From IMG/VR virus record IMGVR_UViG_3300028864_000017: 64,000 bases of DNA. The stretch is one strand, 5' to 3'. Origin of the DNA: a virus (taxonomy: Duplodnaviria; Caudoviricetes). A program made the translations under genes and the position numbers. Numbering within the stretch: position 1 is the stretch's first letter; every line of letters begins with the position of its first letter. Under the pieces are notes generated by a model. It did not search any database and was not told the DNA's origin. It saw only the letters and a program-made list of their open reading frames with translations. This document shows, piece by piece, positions 20,266-30,009 of this stretch.

Positions 20266-21111
20266 TCATGCATAAGATGACAAATCAACGACAATTTCTG
20301 GTACAATATTTCTGCATAAAAAAGAACAATTTCCAACAAATCCGTGTTTTTTGTTATATTTTCTTTGTGATAATACATAAATACATTCATCTTTATCATC
20401 ACAAAAATAAATATAAGTATAACCATTATCATCTATTCTCATCTTAACTGTTATGTAATCACAATTAACAAAATTATTTATATCTAATTTTTTTAAAAAT
20501 AAAATATCATCACTACTATCAGATTTTGATAAAAAATATTTAATATTCTCAAGTTGTTTTTCTTTATATGCATAACCAATTTCCGAAAATGATATTATAT
20601 CAATACATTTTTCTCTAGTTATTTTTCCAATTTTTGTCAATAAACTAAAATTGTTTTTTATTTTATTGAAGTCAGATTCACTTTTAAATAAATTATTTAA
20701 TATAGGTATATTCAATAATTCACAAAAAATTAATGGTTTAATATTAGAATCCACTCCTTTAAAAAAATTTTTTTTATTTAAATCTTTAGGAAATTTCATA
20801 ATATTATTAATATCATAATAATTTTTAACATCAGCAATTATAAAGTTATTAAAATTAGTTATTAATAAATCACCTCGATATGCACTACAGCAATTAAGTC
20901 CTGGTATCTTTATTTTTTTTAATTTAATATATTCACATTTAATTATTTTTCTATCAATATTATTTATCTTATTTTTAGAATCTATATCTTTAACTTCTTT
21001 ATGTGATACACCAAACAAATCAAAGCTAAGCTCATGATTTGTATTTTTATTAACTTTACTTAAATCATTTTTAAATGATTCTTGAAATTTATCTCCTGTT
21101 ATTTTTTTCAT
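20266..21111 (-). CDS. Hypothetical protein, possible PD-(D/E)xK nuclease
   Basis: RGDLLIT...IIADVKN spacing; adjacent to the methyltransferase. Confidence 0.35.
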   Translation of the reverse strand: MKKITGDKFQESFKNDLSKVNKNTNHELSFDLFGVSHKEVKDIDSKNKINNIDRKIIKCEYIKLKKIKIPGLNCCSAYRGDLLITNFNNFIIADVKNYYDINNIMKFPKDLNKKNFFKGVDSNIKPLIFCELLNIPILNNLFKSESDFNKIKNNFSLLTKIGKITREKCIDIISFSEIGYAYKEKQLENIKYFLSKSDSSDDILFLKKLDINNFVNCDYITVKMRIDDNGYTYIYFCDDKDECIYVLSQRKYNKKHGFVGNCSFLCRNIVPEIVVDLSSYA

Positions 21112-21185
21112 ATTTATTTTACGTTATTAAATATATATTATAAATATGATAATTTGTTTGATAATTAATCAACAACAATATTTGT

Positions 21186-22547
21186 TTAAAATTGAAAGAT
21201 TGAATTCAAAACTGACAATCTTTTATTTATTGTAGGTAATCCAATTGGTTCAAGAAACCTATTTACGATGTGAAGCATTGTCACATCAAATTGTTCATCA
21301 TAATCTATTTTAACACCTTCTTTTTCACATATTTCATATGGATATAATCCTCTTTGATATGCAAATACGCTATTTTTAACATGATTACAATAAAAATATT
21401 TTATACGTCCTCCTCTAATATTATCATACTTTGTTTTATATTCAGAGTTTTTATTTAATAAGTAATTGTGTAAAGCTGCAGCTTTAACTGCAAAGTGAGC
21501 ACCCTTAACACATAAAACATCAGTAACATCATCAATAACTTTAATTGGATAATTAGTGCAACTTGAAGTCATACTAATATCTTCAATATTAGCCATCATG
21601 AATTGTTTTTTCAAATCTTTCACAATTAGTAATATTTTTCTAATATTCAAATTATTAGGATTAGAAAATATATATCTCAAAAACTCATAAATATTTTCTC
21701 TAACAAATGGAGGGGTAGATGATTTAACAATTTCAACACCTTTTGGATAAAAATAACTCATACTTTCATAAAATAAGCCATCTTCCCAAGCTACATTATT
21801 TATATAATGCTTTTTTTGTATGTGTAATGCTGATCTATTAATTGTTTCTAATTCAAAGTTGTGTATATTCTTAACTCCATATCTTGCAGCATATTCATCT
21901 AGCCAACCATTATATTTTTTTTCTATAAAAACTCTATCCATATGAAGAATGAAGTCTAATTCATCTCCATTAAATCCACATGACTTTATCATAGGAGCGA
22001 ATGAAATATATAATGAATCAGTATCGCCGTAAATTGTAATTGGAACATCTTTTGGTAACTGAGTTACATTAGAGAAATCATGAATAAATCTACTAAATAA
22101 TACATTATAACCATTTAATTCTTTTTTATCTTCAACTAAATCATTACGATAGTAATTCAATTTTTCTAATAAATTATCAACTGATTCATATTTATAATGA
22201 ATATTATCTCCATTTCTATCTAATAAATAAAAACTACCATCTTTTTCAGCAATATATTCTAATCCAAGTAGTTGATGAGTCTTTACATCTAAGTGCCATT
22301 CTTTATAGAAATATGTTTCTATTTTTTTAAGCATATAATTTATAACATCACGTCCTTGAGCAGTAATAGCATTTGCAATATGAGAATTTGACAATACAAA
22401 TTTAGGATGAGCGAATGCTCCATATGTACCGTTAATAACCAATTTCAAAGCTAATTGCATTGCTTTTGCTCTATCATAATCAGCCTTAGTTACATCAATT
22501 TTTGTTTTTAATTCTGCTATTTTATCTCTCTTTTCTTGTGCTGTCAT
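21186..22547 (-). CDS. Family B DNA polymerase, C-terminal subunit (split gp43B-like)
   Basis: KLVINGTYG and YGDTDSLY present; no exonuclease domain or DxxSLYP motif. Confidence 0.88.
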   Translation of the reverse strand: MTAQEKRDKIAELKTKIDVTKADYDRAKAMQLALKLVINGTYGAFAHPKFVLSNSHIANAITAQGRDVINYMLKKIETYFYKEWHLDVKTHQLLGLEYIAEKDGSFYLLDRNGDNIHYKYESVDNLLEKLNYYRNDLVEDKKELNGYNVLFSRFIHDFSNVTQLPKDVPITIYGDTDSLYISFAPMIKSCGFNGDELDFILHMDRVFIEKKYNGWLDEYAARYGVKNIHNFELETINRSALHIQKKHYINNVAWEDGLFYESMSYFYPKGVEIVKSSTPPFVRENIYEFLRYIFSNPNNLNIRKILLIVKDLKKQFMMANIEDISMTSSCTNYPIKVIDDVTDVLCVKGAHFAVKAAALHNYLLNKNSEYKTKYDNIRGGRIKYFYCNHVKNSVFAYQRGLYPYEICEKEGVKIDYDEQFDVTMLHIVNRFLEPIGLPTINKRLSVLNSIFQF

Positions 22548-22618
22548 TATATTTATTGTTTCTTATTATATCAATTATTTTATAATTGGTTTAAATAAAA
22601 AATATTAAACTGACATAT

Positions 22619-22650
22619 AAAAAAAGAGATGATATTAATCATCTCTTTTT
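22619..22650. terminator. Intrinsic terminator
   Basis: AAAAGAGATGAT-ATTA-ATCATCTCTTTT. Confidence 0.8.
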
Positions 22651-23326
22651 ATATATTGTATTTATTTATTTTGTTTGATAACTCTATTAATTTTGATATT
22701 GAATCTCCTTCTAAATTTAATGATTTTAGATAATTATTAAATTCATCAATAAAATCTTCATTTATATCATACCATCTTTGATCTAATTTATCTAAATCTT
22801 CATTTTTATCATTATCATACTCACTATATTCTCCGTTATCTCCATTGTAACAATTAAAATTAACACTATCAAAATTAAAATCTTTCATTATTGAATATGC
22901 ATCATATACTAATTTTTTAGAAATATGTTCTGATATTTTTAATTTTTCAAACAAAATAATCATTTTTTCATGAATATCAACGTTATTATAAGGATTACCA
23001 CCACGGTTATAATAACCTTTTGATTTAGAACTGGCATATCCATTATCATAATATTGTAGATGCCCGCCATTAAAAACTTGTCCATTATAGTTACCAAGAA
23101 GAACACAAAAACACGGTAATGTTCCATATTTTTCTTTTACCAAATTTAAAAAATCATCATAATTAATATCAGATGAATAATCTTTATATAAAACATCAAT
23201 TATACCGTGAAATACATCACCTTTTGAAAAATCTTCATTTTTTAATAATAATGTTTTCAATTCTTTTTCATTTTTGAATAATATTATAGAATAACTATTT
23301 TCTTCATACATTTTAACATGTTTCAT
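22649..23326 (-). CDS. Hypothetical protein, K[FY]N[ILV]-COOH family
   Basis: Starts MKHVKMYEE, ends INKYNI. Confidence 0.72.
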   Translation of the reverse strand: MKHVKMYEENSYSIILFKNEKELKTLLLKNEDFSKGDVFHGIIDVLYKDYSSDINYDDFLNLVKEKYGTLPCFCVLLGNYNGQVFNGGHLQYYDNGYASSKSKGYYNRGGNPYNNVDIHEKMIILFEKLKISEHISKKLVYDAYSIMKDFNFDSVNFNCYNGDNGEYSEYDNDKNEDLDKLDQRWYDINEDFIDEFNNYLKSLNLEGDSISKLIELSNKINKYNI

Positions 23327-23327
23327 A

Positions 23328-23840
23328 TTATAAATTAAATTTTTTTACTGAATTATCAAACTCATCTTTCTTTAAATAATCTTTATATTTTTCTGGAAAT
23401 TTAATAGCTATTTTATTAATATCATAATCAGTTAAAAAATCAAATGGTTTATGTCCTTGATTATTTTTGCAATATAATGAAGATCCAGCAGATAATAACA
23501 CAAACATTGATGCAACATCACTATTTATAGCTGATCTCATCAAAGGAGTATCATTATTATCATTTTTAGCTTCTATTTCAGCACCAACTTCTATTAGTTT
23601 ATAAATTAAGTCATGATAACATAACGTAGCAGCATAAGTCAAAGGAGTCTGTCCATTTTTAGATTTTATGTTTGGATATGCTCCATCATCTAATAAATTT
23701 ATCATTTTTATTGAAGGCTCCATGCTTCTACTATCTAAAGATTTCGCATCTAAAATTTTCATCAATTCTAATGTTGATTCAATTTTTCTAATCTCAGAAT
23801 AATCAGAATAATTTTCAAATATATTAAATTTTATTATCAT
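23328..23840 (-). CDS. Ankyrin-repeat protein, K[FY]N[ILV]-COOH family
   Basis: GQTPLTYAA, NDTPLMRSA and GHKPFD repeats; ends VKKFNL. Confidence 0.85.
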   Translation of the reverse strand: MIIKFNIFENYSDYSEIRKIESTLELMKILDAKSLDSRSMEPSIKMINLLDDGAYPNIKSKNGQTPLTYAATLCYHDLIYKLIEVGAEIEAKNDNNDTPLMRSAINSDVASMFVLLSAGSSLYCKNNQGHKPFDFLTDYDINKIAIKFPEKYKDYLKKDEFDNSVKKFNL

Positions 23841-24154
23841 AAATTAAATTTGTTTGTTTGTATTATATATTCTAATTCTTCTTTATTTTTTGATATATAT
23901 TTTATTTCATCTAATGACATATTTCTTTCATTGTGCGAGAAATATTTTTCTAAATTTTTTGGTATTTCTTCATAATATATCACATATGGTCCCATGAAAT
24001 CTGTATCATATCTAATATATTTACCTATATTATTTGATGTGAAATTAATAACGTCATAATAAGAATATAACTCTGATTCATTACATACTACCCAATCTCC
24101 AATTTCTGGCTCATCTTTACTAATTGTTTCAAACAATTTAAATTTAGTTATCAT
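23837..24154 (-). CDS. SH3/KOW-like hypothetical protein, K[FY]N[ILV]-COOH family
   Basis: Starts MITKFKLFE; PEIGDWV; ends TNKFNL. Confidence 0.72.
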   Translation of the reverse strand: MITKFKLFETISKDEPEIGDWVVCNESELYSYYDVINFTSNNIGKYIRYDTDFMGPYVIYYEEIPKNLEKYFSHNERNMSLDEIKYISKNKEELEYIIQTNKFNL

Positions 24155-24516
24155 ATATTGAATTTAGTGGTATTTTTTTTAAATTCAATATCGTCATAGT
24201 ATTCTTGAATTTCTTCTGGAGTACATTCTAATTTACCCATAAATATATTATATTCATTACTTTCTGATGTTGGATACCAATACCATGTATATGAGTCTTC
24301 ATGTTCTGGATGTTTTACTAATGAAATAGTTTCAAAATTAGTATTAGTATCTTTAGTTGAAAAAACTTTATTCTTACGAAGCCTTATCCAATCGATAATT
24401 TGTTTATCTGGCATTCCAATTTTTTTAAGAGAGATATAAAAATCTGGCATTTTTACTGGAATATTCCAAACTAATTTTTTATCAGAATCTTCAAATAGTT
24501 TAAATTTAGTTATCAT
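24151..24516 (-). CDS. Hypothetical protein, K[FY]N[ILV]-COOH family
   Basis: Likely start MITKFKLFE at 24516; ends TTKFNI. Confidence 0.72.
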   Translation of the reverse strand: MITKFKLFEDSDKKLVWNIPVKMPDFYISLKKIGMPDKQIIDWIRLRKNKVFSTKDTNTNFETISLVKHPEHEDSYTWYWYPTSESNEYNIFMGKLECTPEEIQEYYDDIEFKKNTTKFNI

Positions 24517-24562
24517 GTCATTATATATAAAAAACATTTTTAGAAAATAAATATTAATATAT

Positions 24563-24889
24563 ATGAATATGGAAAATTCTAACTTAACTAAGCAAGCAAG
24601 ATCTGATATATTCTCTGAATTATATCCAATTATAATTTTTTATATCAATAAAGGAGCTACATCACAAGCATTGAAAAAATATTATAGAAACTCTAAAAGG
24701 TTTAATGATATTTTAGATGATATAAAAAACAAAGGTGCTAATATAATAACAGATGATATTGAGTATAAAAATTTAGTAAGAACTGTATTAAATGATATAT
24801 TAGATGATTTAATAGCAAAAGAAAAAGATGATGAATATAAAAAACTAACTCACATAAAAGAATTCAACTCATATGAATATAAAAAATAA
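24563..24889 (+). CDS. Hypothetical protein
   Basis: ORF in operon. Confidence 0.7.
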   Translation: MNMENSNLTKQARSDIFSELYPIIIFYINKGATSQALKKYYRNSKRFNDILDDIKNKGANIITDDIEYKNLVRTVLNDILDDLIAKEKDDEYKKLTHIKEFNSYEYKK

Positions 24890-24898
24890 TTATCAAAA

Positions 24899-25435
24899 AT
24901 GATAAATGAAATAAATAATATAAAAAAATTCACAGAATGGTCTCCATTATATGAATTTCAAATACCTAATGTAAAATTGGATGAATTTTTCTATAACATA
25001 AAATTAGCTACTGCTAAATATACTAAAACTCTTGTTGATTATTTTAAAACATATGAACAATATATTGATTTAATGGATAAAAAGAAACATCAATTCAAAA
25101 TTAATGATATGTCAGGAGATATTTTAGGTACAGAAAAAGTAGTATTTAAATGTAGTATTTTTGATAAAGAAGATATTGAAAATATTAGAGAAAATTTAGT
25201 AACTTTTGCATTATCAGAATTCTATTCTGATATACCTGATTCATTAAACGTTTTTGGTATTATGATGAAACCTTTATCGTTTATTGATAAAGAAAAAGTT
25301 AAATATTCATTTCAACAAACAATAACATTTGACACAACAATAAACGTCATATCAACATTAGGTAATATGGTATATGACAATGAATTCAATGGCTATTATA
25401 TTTGGACTGACAAAAAAGACAAATTAACTGAATGA
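24899..25435 (+). CDS. Hypothetical protein
   Basis: ORF in operon; N-terminal IKKFTEW..LYE. Confidence 0.7.
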   Translation: MINEINNIKKFTEWSPLYEFQIPNVKLDEFFYNIKLATAKYTKTLVDYFKTYEQYIDLMDKKKHQFKINDMSGDILGTEKVVFKCSIFDKEDIENIRENLVTFALSEFYSDIPDSLNVFGIMMKPLSFIDKEKVKYSFQQTITFDTTINVISTLGNMVYDNEFNGYYIWTDKKDKLTE

Positions 25436-25971
25436 TAATTAAAAGATTTTTTCAATTAAATGAAAGTGTAATTCGGGAAGATAAATTATCTAAAATAGTA
25501 GATAGGTATGATGAATTATTAGAATATACAATTGAATATTTAAAAATATATGAGGAAATAGAAGATATAGTTAAAATAACTGATTTTTGGGATGATAATA
25601 TGATAGCATATACTGACAGTAATGAAAATGAAGAAGAATTTGAAATATCAAAAAATAGAATGATAGAATATAAGAAATATTTAAAAGAAAATGGAATAAA
25701 TAATTATAAAAAAATAATATCAGATAGAAATGATACATTTGGATGGATTACTGAATATTTAAAATTTAATAATTTATGTAAAGATTCTGAATATGTTGAT
25801 TTTTATACTTATACTGAAACTGGAAATGATGCATTAGAAATAGGAATAACAGACAATGATGTATTCAATCTTAGCAGGGATTACACATTCGATAAAGATG
25901 AATATCAATCATTAATATATTTCATAAATAATATAGAATCTTATGACTCAACAAAAAAATTTAATATTTGA
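25432..25971 (+). CDS. Hypothetical protein, K[FY]N[ILV]-COOH family
   Basis: Starts MIIKRFFQLNE, ends TKKFNI. Confidence 0.72.
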   Translation: MIIKRFFQLNESVIREDKLSKIVDRYDELLEYTIEYLKIYEEIEDIVKITDFWDDNMIAYTDSNENEEEFEISKNRMIEYKKYLKENGINNYKKIISDRNDTFGWITEYLKFNNLCKDSEYVDFYTYTETGNDALEIGITDNDVFNLSRDYTFDKDEYQSLIYFINNIESYDSTKKFNI

Positions 25972-26228
25972 TTATGATAGAAAAAGATATGCAAATTAAA
26001 GAATTATATGATTTAAAACATATAAATGATAATATAATAACAGGATTTGATTATGAAGAAGGACTGATGACAAGATCATTATCTAATTTGATGTTTCAAA
26101 ATGAAACAACAAGCACATTTCTTGATAAAATTAAAAAATTATTGATTTATACAATAGAATCTAACTTAATAGTTAGAAATTTTTTCAATTATACAGTACA
26201 CAAATACTACAATAAACATAATAATTAA
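25968..26228 (+). CDS. Hypothetical protein
   Basis: ORF in operon. Confidence 0.6.
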   Translation: MIMIEKDMQIKELYDLKHINDNIITGFDYEEGLMTRSLSNLMFQNETTSTFLDKIKKLLIYTIESNLIVRNFFNYTVHKYYNKHNN

Positions 26229-26230
26229 AT

Positions 26231-26506
26231 ATGGAAATTAGAAAATTTGAAAAATACGAAAATAAAATTGAGCCTTTTATACAAGATCCTGAATACAGAC
26301 TAATGCAGATTCATTCAAATGGAGACTCAGAAGAAATTGAGAGTGATGTAAATCCATTTGATTTAAATGAAATTGTTCAATTATACTTAGATTATAAAGG
26401 TTATGATAATAATATGTGGATAAAAAAAGTAACAGAAGAGATTGTAGACTTGAATATGATTCCTGAAATAAAAATACACTTATCTTCAAAAAAATATAAC
26501 ATATAA
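26231..26506 (+). CDS. Hypothetical protein, K[FY]N[ILV]-COOH family
   Basis: Starts MEIRKFEKYE, ends SKKYNI. Confidence 0.72.
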   Translation: MEIRKFEKYENKIEPFIQDPEYRLMQIHSNGDSEEIESDVNPFDLNEIVQLYLDYKGYDNNMWIKKVTEEIVDLNMIPEIKIHLSSKKYNI

Positions 26507-26530
26507 TTTTTTTATTCAAATTATTATTTG

Positions 26531-26538
26531 TATATTTG
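26531..26538 (+). promoter_or_regulatory. Bacteroidota sigma-A -7 element
   Basis: TATATTTG upstream of 26577. Confidence 0.6.
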
Positions 26539-26576
26539 TATTCGGAATTATAATAACTCACTTAAAAAGGTATATA

Positions 26577-27434
26577 ATGAATACAAAAGTTGAAAATTTA
26601 AAAATCAAAAAGAACGCTAAAATTAACGAGAAAACATTCAAATATTATTCATTTGATATTGATGATAATTTGCTATACACAAACACTAAAATCATCATGG
26701 AACATTTAGTAAATAATGAATGGATTGATGAAGAAGTAGACACAGAAATGTTTGCTAAAGTCAGAAGTGCTGAAGGATGGCGGTATAAGTCAGGACAACT
26801 ATCATTTGCAAATTTTAGAGATTGGGGTAAACTAAAAGATGAGACATTCATCGTTGCATTCAAAGATGCTGTAATGAATAAGAAATTTGCACCTTCTTGG
26901 ACAACATTTATAGAATGTATCATAAATGGTAATATATTCTCTATTGTAACATCAAGAGGTCACTCGCCAAAAAACATAAAAAAAGCGTTATATTGGCTTA
27001 TATATGAGTATGGTTTAGAAAATTTCAAAGATTTACAAATTGAAAATGTGAATAAAGATGTTGATTTCAAAACTCAAATGATAAACAATCTTTTGAAATA
27101 TCACAAAATATTTGGAACTGAATCTCACCAAGTAATTGATTATTATATTGAATTATGTCCAATTTATACTGTATCATCTGATTATTTCATTGAAAAATAT
27201 GGAATAATGCCAATAGAAGAATCAAAAAAAGTTGCTCTTCAAGATTTTAATGTATTAGTTAATAAATATGCAAATAAATTAGGAATAAATGTTGAATATG
27301 GTTTTTCAGATGATGATCCTAATTTTGTTAAGGCTGCAATGGATCAATTTTTAGAATTAAGATTATCAACTAAGAATGTAACATATTCAGTATTTGATAC
27401 AGGTGGTGATAAAAGAGTAAAAAAGGTAATGTAA
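26577..27434 (+). CDS. HAD-superfamily phosphatase-like protein
   Basis: SFDIDDNL, IVTSRG and GFSDDD motifs. Confidence 0.7.
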   Translation: MNTKVENLKIKKNAKINEKTFKYYSFDIDDNLLYTNTKIIMEHLVNNEWIDEEVDTEMFAKVRSAEGWRYKSGQLSFANFRDWGKLKDETFIVAFKDAVMNKKFAPSWTTFIECIINGNIFSIVTSRGHSPKNIKKALYWLIYEYGLENFKDLQIENVNKDVDFKTQMINNLLKYHKIFGTESHQVIDYYIELCPIYTVSSDYFIEKYGIMPIEESKKVALQDFNVLVNKYANKLGINVEYGFSDDDPNFVKAAMDQFLELRLSTKNVTYSVFDTGGDKRVKKVM

Positions 27435-27438
27435 AATT

Positions 27439-27660
27439 ATGATACTCACAAATAAAAGTAGAAATATTTGGGTATCTGAGAATTTCAACAGATATAACAA
27501 ATTATCAAACATTTTTAATTTATCAAATGATGACATTAAATTTTTAGATAAATTTGAATCAATATATAATAAATTACACTCAAAAGAAATTAAAGAATTC
27601 TATAATGACACTCCATTAGCCCACATAGGACGAACTCACAAAGTTCTATATAAGAATTAA
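27439..27660 (+). CDS. Hypothetical protein
   Basis: Short ORF before a terminator. Confidence 0.55.
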   Translation: MILTNKSRNIWVSENFNRYNKLSNIFNLSNDDIKFLDKFESIYNKLHSKEIKEFYNDTPLAHIGRTHKVLYKN

Positions 27661-27663
27661 AAA

Positions 27664-27700
27664 CAAAAAAAACCAACATTATTAATGTTGGTTTTTTTAT
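27664..27700. terminator. Bidirectional intrinsic terminator
   Basis: AAAAAAACCAACATT-ATT-AATGTTGGTTTTTTT. Confidence 0.85.
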
Positions 27701-27717
27701 ATAAACTAATATTGAAA

Positions 27718-27858
27718 TTAGTTTTTGCTATAAAACTCACCCATTGTAACCAATTGAAAGCACTGAGTAGGTGTAATGCCATTTTTCTCTGCATATTCAG
27801 CAATGTTTGATCCAGTTGAAACATAACCATTGTAAAAAGAAATTAATTGTTCATTCAT
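27718..27858 (-). CDS. Small hypothetical protein (46 aa), not in the ORF track
   Basis: MNEQLISFYNGYVSTGSNIAEYAEKNGITPTQCFQLVTMGEFYSKN; TACCTTTG promoter at 27897-27904 (minus) and a terminator downstream. Confidence 0.65.
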   Translation of the reverse strand: MNEQLISFYNGYVSTGSNIAEYAEKNGITPTQCFQLVTMGEFYSKN

Positions 27859-27947
27859 TTTTTTAATTTTTAGATTGTTTTATAATTAATTGAATACAAA
27901 GGTATATAAAAAAATCTGAACTACAAAAGTAATTCAGATTTTTTATG

Positions 27948-28211
27948 TTAAATATTATGTTCTATTTCTAAAATTTTTATTTTTCTTTCATATGATATAT
28001 CTTTTAGATAAAACCAATTTTTATATGACAATCCAAAGTTATCTTTATTTATTGTAAAAAATGAATTTTCATCATTATCATCTAAAATACATAATCTCAT
28101 ATAATCTGTATCAATATCAATACTTATGATTTCATATAATGAACCACAAGTTAAAATTGATGAACCACATTCAGATTTATAACAACATAATTTATCTCCA
28201 ACTTTTATCAT
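27948..28211 (-). CDS. Hypothetical protein with C-terminal RxxK[LI] tag
   Basis: IKVGDKL start; ends YERKIKILEIEHNI. Confidence 0.65.
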   Translation of the reverse strand: MIKVGDKLCCYKSECGSSILTCGSLYEIISIDIDTDYMRLCILDDNDENSFFTINKDNFGLSYKNWFYLKDISYERKIKILEIEHNI

Positions 28212-30007
28212 TTAAGCAAAGATTTCAATTCTTCTAAATAATCAGAGAATTGTTTGAATGCATCTTTATAACATTCTCCATCAGTCAAATCAATACCAGC
28301 TTTTTTAAGCAAATCTACAGGATAATCACTACCACCAGATTTCAATAATTCCATATATTTTTCTAATTGTTCTTTATCTCCATTCAAAATTCTAGTCGAA
28401 AGAATAACTGCAGAAATAAAGCTAGTTGAATATTGAAATACATAAAAATCATAATAGAAATGTGGAATACGTGACCATTCATTTGCATATAGTTTATCAA
28501 TTTTTATGATGTTTTTATCTTCACCATGATACTTTTTAAGTAATTCATAATACTTATCATTCATCATTGATGATGTTAGAACCTCTTCATTTTCTACTGA
28601 TTCATACATAAATTTTTCAAATTCAGCGAACATGGTTTGTCTGAATACAGTAGTCCTAAAATGTTCAATATAATTATTCAACAAGAAAATTTTCAATTGC
28701 TTATCATCTGTTGTAGTTAGCATATGATTAAGAAGCAATAACTCATTTGTTGTTGATGCAATTTCAGCAATGAATGTTGAGTAACTTGCTTTATTGTATG
28801 GTTGATTTTCATTACTTAGAACAGAATGTCCAGCGTGTCCAGCTTCATGAAGCATAGTTGAAACATCATCATATTTACCTTTATAGTTCAATAGAATATA
28901 AGGATGAACATCATACACAGAACCATTCATATAAGCACCAGTATCTTTAAATTGATTTGGATAAATATCTATCCAACTTTCACTTATTGCTCTATTCATA
29001 ATATCTGTATATTCTTCACCAAGAATTGCAGTAGATTCAATAAGTAATTTCTTAGCGTTATCATACGAATATTCATAATCAACATCATCAACAATAGGAT
29101 TATACAAATCATAATAATTCAAATCTTCATATCCTAAAATATCTTTTCTAAGATTAAGATAATCAAACATTTTATCAAGATTATTAGAAACGTTTTCAAT
29201 CAATCCGTCATAAATAGATGTTGGAATATTTTCTGATGATAAAGATTGATCTAAAGATGATTTATAATTTCTAATTTTACTTCCTGTTGTTGAACTCTTA
29301 ATAAATTTGAACATCAATTTAGATAGTGTGTTCTTATATTCATCAAATGTCTTATAGAAAGTATCATAAACTAATTTACGGTCATCTCTATTACTTGACT
29401 CAATTAATACTCTATAATTCCTATCATCAACCAAAACATCTTCTCCATTAGATAATTTTACAGTTGAATATTTCAGTTCAGTATTTTTGAATATAGTATA
29501 AACATCACTTGACGTAGAAAAAACATCCGAGATTTTAGTAAGAAGTTCTTCTTCTATTTTAGATAAAATATGACTCTTATTTTTTAAGGTATCTTTAATA
29601 TCAAAATGATAAAGCTTCAAATCATCATTTGATAATATTATAGAAATTGTTTCATCATCAAAATGAATAATTTCATCAGTGATGAATGCGCATTTTGAAC
29701 TTATTTTAACAGACGCATCTTTCACTTTCTGAACCAACTTATCTGCATCTTCATTATTTTGCTCTTGATCTAAATACATGTTAGCATAACAAAAAAGTTT
29801 TGTGATCATTTTTCTTACATCTCCCATTAAATCTAAGCAATCTTTCAGTTCTTTTGGATTTGATAATTTTCCATTAAATAATTCAATTTTTTCAGTGAAT
29901 CCAACAATTTTATTACAATCACTATCAAAATCTGATCTATTTTCGTAAATATGAGTCAAATTCCATTTAAACTCTTCGGGAATGTCTTTTCTTAATTTTG
30001 TTTCCAT
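28208..30007 (-). CDS. pepF: Oligoendopeptidase F (M3B metallopeptidase)
   Basis: LHEAGHAGH zinc motif, FIAEIAS, WSRIPHFY, 599 aa. Confidence 0.92.
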   Translation of the reverse strand: METKLRKDIPEEFKWNLTHIYENRSDFDSDCNKIVGFTEKIELFNGKLSNPKELKDCLDLMGDVRKMITKLFCYANMYLDQEQNNEDADKLVQKVKDASVKISSKCAFITDEIIHFDDETISIILSNDDLKLYHFDIKDTLKNKSHILSKIEEELLTKISDVFSTSSDVYTIFKNTELKYSTVKLSNGEDVLVDDRNYRVLIESSNRDDRKLVYDTFYKTFDEYKNTLSKLMFKFIKSSTTGSKIRNYKSSLDQSLSSENIPTSIYDGLIENVSNNLDKMFDYLNLRKDILGYEDLNYYDLYNPIVDDVDYEYSYDNAKKLLIESTAILGEEYTDIMNRAISESWIDIYPNQFKDTGAYMNGSVYDVHPYILLNYKGKYDDVSTMLHEAGHAGHSVLSNENQPYNKASYSTFIAEIASTTNELLLLNHMLTTTDDKQLKIFLLNNYIEHFRTTVFRQTMFAEFEKFMYESVENEEVLTSSMMNDKYYELLKKYHGEDKNIIKIDKLYANEWSRIPHFYYDFYVFQYSTSFISAVILSTRILNGDKEQLEKYMELLKSGGSDYPVDLLKKAGIDLTDGECYKDAFKQFSDYLEELKSLLK

Positions 30008-30009
30008 TT

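Noticed and set aside
21186-22547. Pseudogene of a DNA polymerase
   Set aside because: Clean start with an upstream terminator, intact catalytic motifs and no frameshift remnants; a split subunit is more likely.
12942-26506. Diversity-generating retroelement behind the repeated C-termini
   Set aside because: The similarity is at peptide level with varied codons; no template/variable repeat pair or reverse transcriptase was seen.
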